Shown here: positions 9,493 to 17,484 of the stretch, in pieces | Layout of the letters: every line of letters begins with the position of its first letter | Numbering within the stretch: the stretch's first letter is position 1 | Source of the DNA: Candidatus Iainarchaeum sp. | Lineage (GTDB): Archaea > Iainarchaeota > Iainarchaeia > Iainarchaeales > JAFGBZ01 | DNA length: 35,963 nucleotides | NCBI GenBank assembly: GCA_016932875.1 | Contig: JAFGBZ010000008.1 | Coordinates: forward strand, 1-35,963 | Reading direction: 5' to 3' | Translations under genes and position numbers: made by a program | The notes under the pieces: model-generated | What the model saw: only the letters and a program-made list of their open reading frames with translations | What the model was told of the DNA's origin: nothing | The model's database searches: none

Positions 9493-12318
9493 ATGAATAA
9501 AAAAATATTTGCATTTATTTTCATTCTTTTTTTGGCGCTTAATTGTTCTGCTGCTTCACAGTTAACGCTTCAGATAAATGAATCAAGCATTATTGAAGCA
9601 ACTCATGTTTATGATAATGATAATTCAATTGCTTTTGTTGATGTGTTTATTATAAATGCGCAAGGAACAACTGAACATTCATTCACAAATGTGACTGAAG
9701 GACAGGAACTTTTAGGAATAACTGAAGAAGAAACCGCTTACTATAATTTTATGGATGATGACGGAACAGAAATAGGACTTGGTTTTCTTATTCCGATAAG
9801 CGGAATTCCTTCAACTCCGCCAGTAATTCCAAGCATTACTGTAATACAAGATGCATGGATTACTCCAAGTGTTTATGATGAAGAAAATGGAAGATACCAA
9901 TTATTGATTGAAGCAGATGTAAATGAAAATCATTCATTAGATAATGTTGAATGGATTTACTCTATTGAAGGTTCACTGCAGAATCAGTCTCTTGAATTAA
10001 CAGGCGGACCAAATATTTATTCAGGAATTCTTGATAATTTAACTGGAGAAAAAATTATTACTTCTAAAATAAGAGCAACTGATTCGCAGGCAAAAATATA
10101 TGAATTCAATTTAGGAAAAAAAATATTTAATTTAATGGCAGTAAATCCTTTCTGTAATTATTCTCAAAATCCAGATGTTGATGGAGACGGATTATTCACA
10201 TGCATGGATGTAGAATGCTTATGGAATTATATTCTTAATTTTGAACTAAATCCTGAATGCAGAAACATTGAAGATTATGCTTCAGCAATAGATGACGGAG
10301 CAATTACTGCAGGCGATGTACAAAGAATGTTCCTGCAGGTTTGCCCTTATGGGCGATGCAGTGAAGGAGAATGTATTGTTCAAGGAAATTTAAAGGAAAC
10401 TAAAAAAGAAAATAAAATATTTTTACAAGGAGAAGGACAAAGTTCAATTCAGTTAAAATTCACTGACTCTGAACATAGCGATGTTTATGTAAGCCATCTT
10501 TATGATGATGATGCAACTATAGGAAAACTGGATGTTTATTATGATAATGGAAATGGAACAACACGCCTTGAATACTTTAATGTTTCACAGAATCAATATT
10601 TAGGAATAAGCATCCCTGAAGATGCGACAAGTTATTACAGTTTTTCTGATTATGATGGAACTATCATAGGGATTGGATTTTTCCTTGAAATAAGTGAACC
10701 TGATGCACCAAGTTTCTGTGAACTTTATCCTCAGGATCCTTCATGTGTTCCTGCTCCGGATTTAATTGAAAGTGCAACAATAAAAGCAAGATTAAATGAA
10801 ACAGAAAAGAAATATTATCTGGATTTTGAAGTAAAGGTTTTCGCAGGAAATGAAATTGACTGGGTTAAAATTGAATATAATTTTTTCAATAAAAATTATG
10901 TTGAAACACTGACTTTAACAGGAAATGAAACAACTTTTACAGGAAGTTTAGGGCCTTTTGAAAATGAATTAATTACTTTTTCAAGAGTAAGAGCAAAATC
11001 AGAAGAAAATACAGATACATTGTACCTTTCTCCAAGATGGGATTATCTTTTGGTTGGAATGATTTCATGCGAAGAAATTTGCTGGGATAATATTGATAAT
11101 GATGCAGACGGCTTCATTGATGAAGGCTGTGCAATTTTGCCCCAGCTTTATCCAAGAATAACTTCCTTGCCTGAATTTGTTTTAATTGGAAAATATTTTA
11201 CTTTAAGTTATGCAATAGGAAATTCAGGAGGAGAAGATGCAAATTCATTCAAATTCAAAACATTATTTGAAAAAGAAAAAATAAGAGAAGAAACAATTAA
11301 TTCTCTTAAAATAAATGAAAGCAAAGAATTTGAAGAAGAACTTTTTTCAGGAATTGAACCAGGAAGAAAAACAGTTAAAATTGAAGTTGATATTCTTAAC
11401 CAAATAAGTGAAAGCAATGAATCAGATAATATTCTTAACACAACACTTTGGGTAAGATTAAACCAGTTTGATGTGAATTACAATTACAATGAAACTTATT
11501 TTTTAGGAGATATAAGAGAAATAAGATTAAGAGATTTATTCAGAGAACTTGTTTCTGATGCAAATTGCGAAATAACTTATCCAAGCGGAAAAAAAATAAA
11601 TCTTGTTTCAGATGAAAAAGGTGTAATTCAGTTTACTTTGCTTGAAGGCGGAACACATAATCTTAAAGCAGAAAAAGAAGGATTTGAAACCTTTGAAGGA
11701 AACTTTGAAATAGAAGCAATAAATGTAGGATACAGAAAAGAACTTGAAATAGGAGATGTGCAGTTAATTAACCTTAAAACAAAAGACGGAAAACCAGTGG
11801 TTAATGCAACAGTAACAATTATTTCCCCAAGCGGAAAAACAGTGAAAATTGAAACAAATGAAAAAGGACAGGCATTTTTTGTAGTGCAGGAAAAAGGAAC
11901 ACATGCATTTATAATTAAAAGAAAAGATGTGAGTTTTTATAATTCAAGATTTGATTCATTAACAACAATAGAACAAATAAGTCTTGTTATGAATCAGTTC
12001 ATTGACATAACTGCAGGAAAAACACTGCTGGACTGGGTATTATTCATTATATTAATCGCATTAAGTGTTTATTCTGCAAGAACAGCATATAAACAGCTTA
12101 AATCACGCATGAAAAAAGGAAGCACAAGAGAAATAAAACTGCAGTTAACAGGAATTTCAATGATTGCAGGAATGCTTTTCATTGCACCAATTGCAGTAAA
12201 AGTTTTATTCGGAATAGGAATTGCATTTGCATTGGTTTTGATTGAAGTTGCTGCTGAAATGCTTGCAGAATATATGCTTAAACAAAAAGAAAAAACCAAA
12301 AAAATTAAAGTTGAATAA
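9493..12318 (+). CDS. Membrane-anchored surface protein (941 aa), putative partner or anchor of the giant protein
   Basis: Signal peptide (IFAFIFILFLALNCSAAS). Two duplicated ~280-aa modules (nt ~9550-10390 and ~10420-11135). Each module ends in a Cys-bounded Asp-rich motif: dockerin/EF-hand-like DVDGDGLFTCMD, or CWDNIDNDADGFIDEGC. CARDB-like domain ending in ISESNESDN. Two carboxypeptidase-regulatory/PEGA-like beta-sandwiches (ITYPSGKKINLVSDEKGVIQF and VTIISPSGKTVKIETNEKGQAFF). Two C-terminal hydrophobic helices (WVLFIILIALSVYSA and ISMIAGMLFIAPIAVKVLFGIGIAFALVLI). Confidence 0.85.
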   Translation: MNKKIFAFIFILFLALNCSAASQLTLQINESSIIEATHVYDNDNSIAFVDVFIINAQGTTEHSFTNVTEGQELLGITEEETAYYNFMDDDGTEIGLGFLIPISGIPSTPPVIPSITVIQDAWITPSVYDEENGRYQLLIEADVNENHSLDNVEWIYSIEGSLQNQSLELTGGPNIYSGILDNLTGEKIITSKIRATDSQAKIYEFNLGKKIFNLMAVNPFCNYSQNPDVDGDGLFTCMDVECLWNYILNFELNPECRNIEDYASAIDDGAITAGDVQRMFLQVCPYGRCSEGECIVQGNLKETKKENKIFLQGEGQSSIQLKFTDSEHSDVYVSHLYDDDATIGKLDVYYDNGNGTTRLEYFNVSQNQYLGISIPEDATSYYSFSDYDGTIIGIGFFLEISEPDAPSFCELYPQDPSCVPAPDLIESATIKARLNETEKKYYLDFEVKVFAGNEIDWVKIEYNFFNKNYVETLTLTGNETTFTGSLGPFENELITFSRVRAKSEENTDTLYLSPRWDYLLVGMISCEEICWDNIDNDADGFIDEGCAILPQLYPRITSLPEFVLIGKYFTLSYAIGNSGGEDANSFKFKTLFEKEKIREETINSLKINESKEFEEELFSGIEPGRKTVKIEVDILNQISESNESDNILNTTLWVRLNQFDVNYNYNETYFLGDIREIRLRDLFRELVSDANCEITYPSGKKINLVSDEKGVIQFTLLEGGTHNLKAEKEGFETFEGNFEIEAINVGYRKELEIGDVQLINLKTKDGKPVVNATVTIISPSGKTVKIETNEKGQAFFVVQEKGTHAFIIKRKDVSFYNSRFDSLTTIEQISLVMNQFIDITAGKTLLDWVLFIILIALSVYSARTAYKQLKSRMKKGSTREIKLQLTGISMIAGMLFIAPIAVKVLFGIGIAFALVLIEVAAEMLAEYMLKQKEKTKKIKVE

Positions 12319-12323
12319 ACGCT

Positions 12324-12329
12324 AGGGGG
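12324..12329 (+). promoter_or_regulatory. Shine-Dalgarno-like AGGGGG upstream of gap
   Basis: AGGGGG lies 8 nt upstream of ATG 12338. Only 19 nt separate the stop of the 941-aa ORF from this start, with no hairpin or T-run between them. Confidence 0.5.
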
Positions 12330-12337
12330 AATCCTAA

Positions 12338-13333
12338 ATGATTAGAGTTGCAATAAATGGTTTTGGCAGAATTGGAAGAATTGTTTTCAGACAGGCATTG
12401 GAAGAAAAAGAAATTGAATTGGTTGCAGTAACTTTTTCTCATGGAAATCAGGCTGCAGCACACTTTCTTGAATTTGATTCAGTGCATGGAAAATTAAATA
12501 AAAAAATTGAAGCAACAGAAAAAGGATTTTCAGTTAATGGAAAAGAAACACTGGTTATAAATGAACGTGATCCAACAAAATTACCTTGGAAAAAATTAGA
12601 TATTGATGTGGTTGTTGAAAGTACTGGAGCATTCAAAACATATGCTGACTGTGAAAAGCATTTAAATGCAGGGGCAAAAAAAGTTTTGTTAAGTGCTCCT
12701 GCAAAAGATGAAAAAATTCCTTCAATAGTATTAGGAGTAAATGAAAAAGCATTAACTGACGGTTCAAAAGTAATTGATAATGCTTCATGCACAACAAATT
12801 GTTTGGCTCCAATAGCAAAAGTATTGCATGAAAATTTTGGAATAAAAAACGGATTTATGACAACAATTCATGCTTATACTAATGATCAAAGAATTTTAGA
12901 CGGAAGTCATAAAGATTTACGCAGAGCAAGAAATGCTGCAACAAACATTATTCCTACAAGCACTGGTGCAGCAAAAGCTATTGGAAAAGTAATTCCTGAA
13001 TTAAAAGGAAAATTAAACGGAATAGCAGTAAGAGTTCCTGTTGCAGACGGTTCATTAGTTGATTTGGTTTTTGAATCAGAAAAACAAACAACAATTGAAG
13101 AAATAAATAAAGCAATGAAAAAAGCATCAGAAGGAAACTTAAAAGGAATTCTTGAATACACTGAAAAACCAATTGTTTCAAGCGATGTGATTGGAAACAA
13201 GCATTCAAGCATTTTTGATGCTCAAAGCACAATGGTTTCAGGAAAAATGATTAAAGTTCTTTCATGGTATGATAATGAAGCAGGATATTCTCAAAGAATG
13301 ATTGATGCAGTAAAAAAAATCAAATTCAGTTAA
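12338..13333 (+). CDS. gap: Glyceraldehyde-3-phosphate dehydrogenase, type I (bacterial/eukaryotic class)
   Basis: N-terminal Rossmann motif INGFGRIGR. Catalytic signature SCTTNCLAP. WYDNEAGYS near the C-terminus. 331 aa, typical for class I GAPDH. Confidence 0.93.
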   Translation: MIRVAINGFGRIGRIVFRQALEEKEIELVAVTFSHGNQAAAHFLEFDSVHGKLNKKIEATEKGFSVNGKETLVINERDPTKLPWKKLDIDVVVESTGAFKTYADCEKHLNAGAKKVLLSAPAKDEKIPSIVLGVNEKALTDGSKVIDNASCTTNCLAPIAKVLHENFGIKNGFMTTIHAYTNDQRILDGSHKDLRRARNAATNIIPTSTGAAKAIGKVIPELKGKLNGIAVRVPVADGSLVDLVFESEKQTTIEEINKAMKKASEGNLKGILEYTEKPIVSSDVIGNKHSSIFDAQSTMVSGKMIKVLSWYDNEAGYSQRMIDAVKKIKFS

Positions 13334-13344
13334 TTAACAAAAAA

Positions 13345-14106
13345 TTACTTTAACAGCAATTTCAAATATTCCTTGAATTCTTTTTCAAATTTTTCTGGAT
13401 GAATTAAATAATCAAATACTTCAGGTTTTTTTGTTCCAAGTAAATACATTGGTTCAGTTGTAATTCCTAATTCAGGAAATTCTTTTGGTTTGCATTCAGT
13501 TATTTCCACATGAGAAGAATAATTTTTATTTTTTTCAAATCCTTTTTCAGTGAAATAATACATTGCACCATGTTTTTCTTTAAAATTGCCATAATCTGAT
13601 TTAAATGTTGCTTCAATCCAGTTAGCCATTACTAATGTTTCATTTGAAGGATTAATTGTTACATGCCCAAATCCAGGAGGAATAATTATTTTTTCTCCTT
13701 CCAAACAGGTAACAGCAATGAATTTTTTTGAATCAATTGACTGCAATAAATACAATGCTTTTCCATGAATTACTTCATAAATTTCAGGATAATGCACGCC
13801 TGCAGGATTTTTTGGATGAAAATGCCCAAAAGTTTTATTGAATTCATTTCCTATTTTAGCTGAAGGAATTAAAGTTAAATCAAATCTTAAACCAGAAGAA
13901 TGGATTTTTTCTTTATGTTCTTTTGAGTGGGTGTCCCTGTACATGAAATAACAGTTTGCAGGAGAATTTGCTTCAGAATTCATTAAAACAGGCTTCATTT
14001 GCTGGATTGTCCTAATATCAGGAATCACTTTTTGCATGCTTTGTCCATCAAATTCAAGCAATTTATTTAATGAAATAGGAAGCCCTGAATTTGAAAGATT
14101 AATCAT
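13345..14106 (-). CDS. pgiA: Cupin-type glucose-6-phosphate isomerase (cPGI)
   Basis: Both published cPGI signatures are present: TxGHxH..ExY (TFGHFHPKNPAGVHYPEIYEV) and PPxxxHxxxN (PPGFGHVTIN). Size of 253 aa fits. Confidence 0.8.
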   Translation of the reverse strand: MINLSNSGLPISLNKLLEFDGQSMQKVIPDIRTIQQMKPVLMNSEANSPANCYFMYRDTHSKEHKEKIHSSGLRFDLTLIPSAKIGNEFNKTFGHFHPKNPAGVHYPEIYEVIHGKALYLLQSIDSKKFIAVTCLEGEKIIIPPGFGHVTINPSNETLVMANWIEATFKSDYGNFKEKHGAMYYFTEKGFEKNKNYSSHVEITECKPKEFPELGITTEPMYLLGTKKPEVFDYLIHPEKFEKEFKEYLKLLLK

Positions 14107-14141
14107 ATTAGTACAAAGAAGGATAATTAATTAAAATTAAT

Positions 14142-14162
14142 ACACCTTATTCTTTAAGGTGT
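14142..14162. promoter_or_regulatory. Perfect inverted repeat ACACCTTA-N5-TAAGGTGT in the divergent pgiA/pgk promoter region
   Basis: An 8-bp arm, 5-nt spacer and 8-bp arm read directly from the sequence, followed by a T-rich run (14163-14177). It lies 36 nt from the pgiA start and 38 nt from the pgk ATG. Confidence 0.45.
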
Positions 14163-14199
14163 TTTTTAATTTTTTTTAAGTGATTTTGTGCAGGAAAAA

Positions 14200-15390
14200 A
14201 TGAATTCGATTTATTCAGCTAAGTTAAAAGGAAAAACTGTTTTTTTAAGATGTGATTTAAACAGCACAATTATTGCAGGCAGAGTTGCTTTAAGCTCCCG
14301 CATTAGAGAGCATGCAAAAACAATTTATTTTTTAAGCGAAGAAGACGCTAAAACAGTTGTTTTAAGCCATCAGGGAAGAGAAGGCAGAGATGATTTTGTT
14401 GACTTGCAAAGACACAGTAAATTAATTAAAAAATTAATTGATAAGCCAGTTAAATTTGTGAAATGGAATGAAGATTATGTTAAAAAAATAAAGGAAATGA
14501 AAAACGGAGAAATAATTCTTTTAGATAATACTCGTTTTCTTGCAGAAGAAGGAAAAGAATTAACTCCTGAAGAACATGCAAAAACAGGATTTATTAAAAA
14601 ACTTACTTCAATTCCTAATTCGATTTTTGTTCAGGATGCTTTAAGCGTCTGCCATAGAAGCCATGCAAGCGTTGTAGGATTAAGCTGCTGCATGCATTCT
14701 TATGTCGGACCAGTGCTTCAAAGAGATTTAGATGCATTAAGCAAATTAAATGAAATAAAGGATTCGAAAACACTTGTTTTAGGCGGAGCAAAAGTAAAAG
14801 ATTCACTTAAAATAATTGAAAAAACTTTAATTAAAAATTATGCAAATAAAATAATTGTCGGCGGAGTATTAGGAGAAGTTTTTCTTAAAGCAAAAGGAAT
14901 AAAATTCGGAGCAAAAGACAAATTCTTGGAAGAAAAAGGATTCAATGAATTTAATTCAAAAGCAAAATCAATTTTAGAAAAATTCAGCGACAAAATTGTT
15001 TTACCAATTGATTTAGGTGCTGAAAACAATAACTGCAAAAGAACTGAAATAAAAATAAAGAATTTACCAAGTGAATTAATGATTTATGATATTGGATGGG
15101 AAACAATTGAAAAATATAAAAAAGTGATTAAAGAATCAAAATTAACAATATTTAACGGCCCAATGGGAATGTTTGAAAGAAACGGGTTTGCTTTAGGAAC
15201 AAAAAAAATCCTTGAATGCATTGCATTTTCAAGAACTTTTTCAATTATTGGCGGCGGAGACACAGAAAAAGCATTAATGAATTTCGGATTAATGCCTCAA
15301 GACTTTAATCATTTAAGCTTAGCAGGAAAAGCCCTTTTATCTTATTTAGCAGGAGAAAAACTGCCAGGATTAGAAGTACTAAAAAAATAA
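14200..15390 (+). CDS. pgk: Phosphoglycerate kinase (archaeal type)
   Basis: LKGKTVFLRCDLNS, VLSHQGREGRDDF, ILLDNTRFLAEE and FSIIGGGDT match PGK N- and C-domain motifs. I prefer ATG 14200 over the in-frame GTG 14188 used by the ORF track. Confidence 0.9.
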   Translation: MNSIYSAKLKGKTVFLRCDLNSTIIAGRVALSSRIREHAKTIYFLSEEDAKTVVLSHQGREGRDDFVDLQRHSKLIKKLIDKPVKFVKWNEDYVKKIKEMKNGEIILLDNTRFLAEEGKELTPEEHAKTGFIKKLTSIPNSIFVQDALSVCHRSHASVVGLSCCMHSYVGPVLQRDLDALSKLNEIKDSKTLVLGGAKVKDSLKIIEKTLIKNYANKIIVGGVLGEVFLKAKGIKFGAKDKFLEEKGFNEFNSKAKSILEKFSDKIVLPIDLGAENNNCKRTEIKIKNLPSELMIYDIGWETIEKYKKVIKESKLTIFNGPMGMFERNGFALGTKKILECIAFSRTFSIIGGGDTEKALMNFGLMPQDFNHLSLAGKALLSYLAGEKLPGLEVLKK

Positions 15391-15449
15391 ATTTAAAAAG
15401 AAAGAACAACATAATATATTATACAATATAACTGAAAAAAGTGAATAAA

Positions 15450-15638
15450 ATGGGAAAACCTTTTCATCGCGAAATAATTAGAAAATTTAAAGACAGTTTC
15501 AGTTTTTTTGTTAAACATCCGACAGGAAAAGGAATTGAAACAACAAGCAAACCAATTAAAGCAAAAATAATCAACAGAGCAAGAAGCAAGCCTATCCCTA
15601 CCTCACAACGTGGAAGATATGCAAAACAAACAAAATAA
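15450..15638 (+). CDS. Small basic hypothetical protein (62 aa from ATG 15450; ORF track starts at GTG 15441)
   Basis: ORF only. Lys/Arg-rich with no recognisable motif. It sits between pgk and the 3' end of coaBC and could be spurious. Confidence 0.3.
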   Translation: MGKPFHREIIRKFKDSFSFFVKHPTGKGIETTSKPIKAKIINRARSKPIPTSQRGRYAKQTK

Positions 15639-15656
15639 TTCAATTTATTTTTTTAA

Positions 15657-16877
15657 TTAAATTATTTCTTTTTCAATTAATTCAATTAATTTTTCTGCAA
15701 GCAATTCTTTTTTTCCTTTAAATTGAATTGAATTTTTTTTTGAAACAAATACAACTTCATTTTCTAATGAGCCAAATGCACTAGAATCATTTAAAACAAT
15801 TAAATCAGGTTTTTTTTCTTTTAAAAGTTTTTTTCCAAGTAATTCAAGTTCTTTTATTGATTTTCCTGATTCAGCTTTAAAGGAACACAAAAAAATATTT
15901 GGATGCTTTGATTTTATTTCCTGAATTAATTTTTTATTAGGAATTAAATTCAATGAAATTTCTTTTTCAGAAGAAATTTTTTTATTTAAATTTTTATCTG
16001 GATTTTTTACTTTAAAATCATTTAATGCCGCAGGAACAATTACTGCATCAAAAGGAATTGATTTTTTGGCTTCATTTAATTCCTTTAAAGTTAAATCAAA
16101 GAATTCATCAAATGAATTTGATTTAATTATTTTAAATGAATTTGACTTATATTCAGATGAAGTGATTAAAGTTACTTCTGCTCCGCGAATAAATGCATTC
16201 TCTGAAATTAGTTCTCCTGTTTTGCCTGAAGCATTATTTGTTATTACTCTAATTGAATCAATTTTTTCTTTTGATGCACCGCTTATTATTAAAAGTTTTT
16301 TTTTTAATTTCTGTGGAGTTAAAGATTTTCTTAAACCTAAAATTATTTCCGTTAAGTCAGGAAATTTTGCTTTATTGTCTTCCATTTTTGGAGAAATAAA
16401 TTGAACTCCTTCCTTCAAGAGTTTTTCAGTGTTTTCTTTAACAAAAGGATTTTCTTTCATTGCTTCATGCATTGCTGGAACAATAATTAAAGGTTTTTTT
16501 GCACCTAAACCAGTTAAAGCAAAAGTTGTTACAATTCCGTCATCAAAACCTGAAGCAATTTTTGAAATAGTTGAAGCAGTGCAAGGACAAATAATTAATG
16601 CATCTGCTTCGCCGTTTAAACCCATTAAAGTTACATGTTCTACTGCGCCGGAAATAAAAGTTAAAGGCATTTCTCCACAAGCAAAATGAATTAATTCCTT
16701 TGAAATCAAATGCTCTGCATTTTTACTCATAATTACTTTAACCTGTGCTCCTAACCTCATTAATTCCCTAATTAAATCAATTGATTTATACACTGCAACT
16801 GAACCAGTTAAAGCCAAAACAATTGTTTTTCCAGCTAAAACACCATCTTTTGCAATGATTTTCTTTGAAGGGTGCAT
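15657..16877 (-). CDS. coaBC: Bifunctional phosphopantothenoylcysteine decarboxylase / phosphopantothenate-cysteine ligase
   Basis: N-terminal flavoprotein domain (IVLALTGSVAVYKSIDLIRELMRLGAQVKVIMS; ICPCTASTISKIASG; IIVPAMHEAM). C-terminal CoaB domain (LIISGASKEKIDSIRVITNNASGKTG). Confidence 0.88.
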   Translation of the reverse strand: MHPSKKIIAKDGVLAGKTIVLALTGSVAVYKSIDLIRELMRLGAQVKVIMSKNAEHLISKELIHFACGEMPLTFISGAVEHVTLMGLNGEADALIICPCTASTISKIASGFDDGIVTTFALTGLGAKKPLIIVPAMHEAMKENPFVKENTEKLLKEGVQFISPKMEDNKAKFPDLTEIILGLRKSLTPQKLKKKLLIISGASKEKIDSIRVITNNASGKTGELISENAFIRGAEVTLITSSEYKSNSFKIIKSNSFDEFFDLTLKELNEAKKSIPFDAVIVPAALNDFKVKNPDKNLNKKISSEKEISLNLIPNKKLIQEIKSKHPNIFLCSFKAESGKSIKELELLGKKLLKEKKPDLIVLNDSSAFGSLENEVVFVSKKNSIQFKGKKELLAEKLIELIEKEII

Positions 16878-16934
16878 ATACTTGTTTTTCCTTAAAAAGT
16901 TTAATAAAGGGAATTAAAGACAATAAATACTATT

Positions 16935-17483
16935 ATGGCGGGAAAATTTTTTTTGGTTAGTTCTTATGCCCAGCTTCCTTCGGCAGTAAAAAATAAGATA
17001 ATTAAAGTAACTTCAGAGCATTTTACTCATACCAGGGAAGTGCTTCCGCCAAATGGTAAATTTGTATCAATAATTTATAAAAATGGAAGACAAATAAAGC
17101 TTCTTTCATTCATGCTTCTTGAAAACAGAAATGATGTGTATTCAGGAAAAATGATTTATGGAAACAAAGAAATAGATAAAAAAATAAGAGATGAATTCAA
17201 AAAATTAACTGGAATAAGTCCAGTGGATTTTCTTGCACTCCCTCCAAAAGTCATGCCTAAACAGACAAATAATTTTACTCCTGAAGGAAGAAAATATTAT
17301 GAAACACTTAAATTAAAAGGAATAGTAAAAGATATAGTTACAAGAACTGAAAATGGAGAAGAAATAAATTTAATTGAACTTACTTCTGATGGACTTCAAT
17401 TAATTGAATCAAAAAAATCAAGCACAGTCAAAAAGAAAACAGGATGGAAAAAATTTCAAAGAAGATATGCAAGAAGGTTATAA
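16935..17483 (+). CDS. Hypothetical protein (182 aa) with a basic C-terminal tail
   Basis: ORF with ATG start. The C-terminus KKKTGWKKFQRRYARRL is strongly basic. Its stop lies 1 nt before the NFACT-N gene start, which suggests an operon. No family recognised. Confidence 0.55.
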   Translation: MAGKFFLVSSYAQLPSAVKNKIIKVTSEHFTHTREVLPPNGKFVSIIYKNGRQIKLLSFMLLENRNDVYSGKMIYGNKEIDKKIRDEFKKLTGISPVDFLALPPKVMPKQTNNFTPEGRKYYETLKLKGIVKDIVTRTENGEEINLIELTSDGLQLIESKKSSTVKKKTGWKKFQRRYARRL

Positions 17484-17484
17484 C

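Noticed and set aside
11208-13232. Antisense ORFs inside the 941-aa gene and gap (11208-11441, 12069-12299, 12448-12792, 12633-12818, 12907-13212, 12978-13232, all minus)
   Set aside because: They overlap confidently identified genes on the opposite strand. The translations are Phe/Leu/Ser-rich, as expected for the reverse complement of Lys/Glu/Asn-rich coding sequence.
13329-13338. Palindrome GTTAATTAAC at the gap stop codon, between convergent gap and pgiA
   Set aside because: This 10-nt AT-rich palindrome has no loop, so it cannot form a meaningful hairpin, and it is likely a chance occurrence.
14141-14151. 11-mer TACACCTTATT shared between the pgk upstream region and 28130-28140 at the 5' edge of the structured RNA
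   Set aside because: Many 11-mers are expected to recur by chance in 36 kb of AT-rich DNA. Only one half-site is present at 28130 and there is no inverted partner.
16066-16689. Plus-strand ORFs 16066-16404 and 16429-16689
   Set aside because: They are antisense to coaBC, which has clear CoaC and CoaB motifs, and they have no motifs of their own.
17404-17484. Upstream in-frame ATG 17404 for the NFACT-N gene, giving an 80-nt overlap with the preceding ORF
   Set aside because: The extra 27 residues are basic and low-complexity, and the NFACT-N homology begins at MELTNIA. ATG 17485, 1 nt after the upstream stop, gives a cleaner operon junction.
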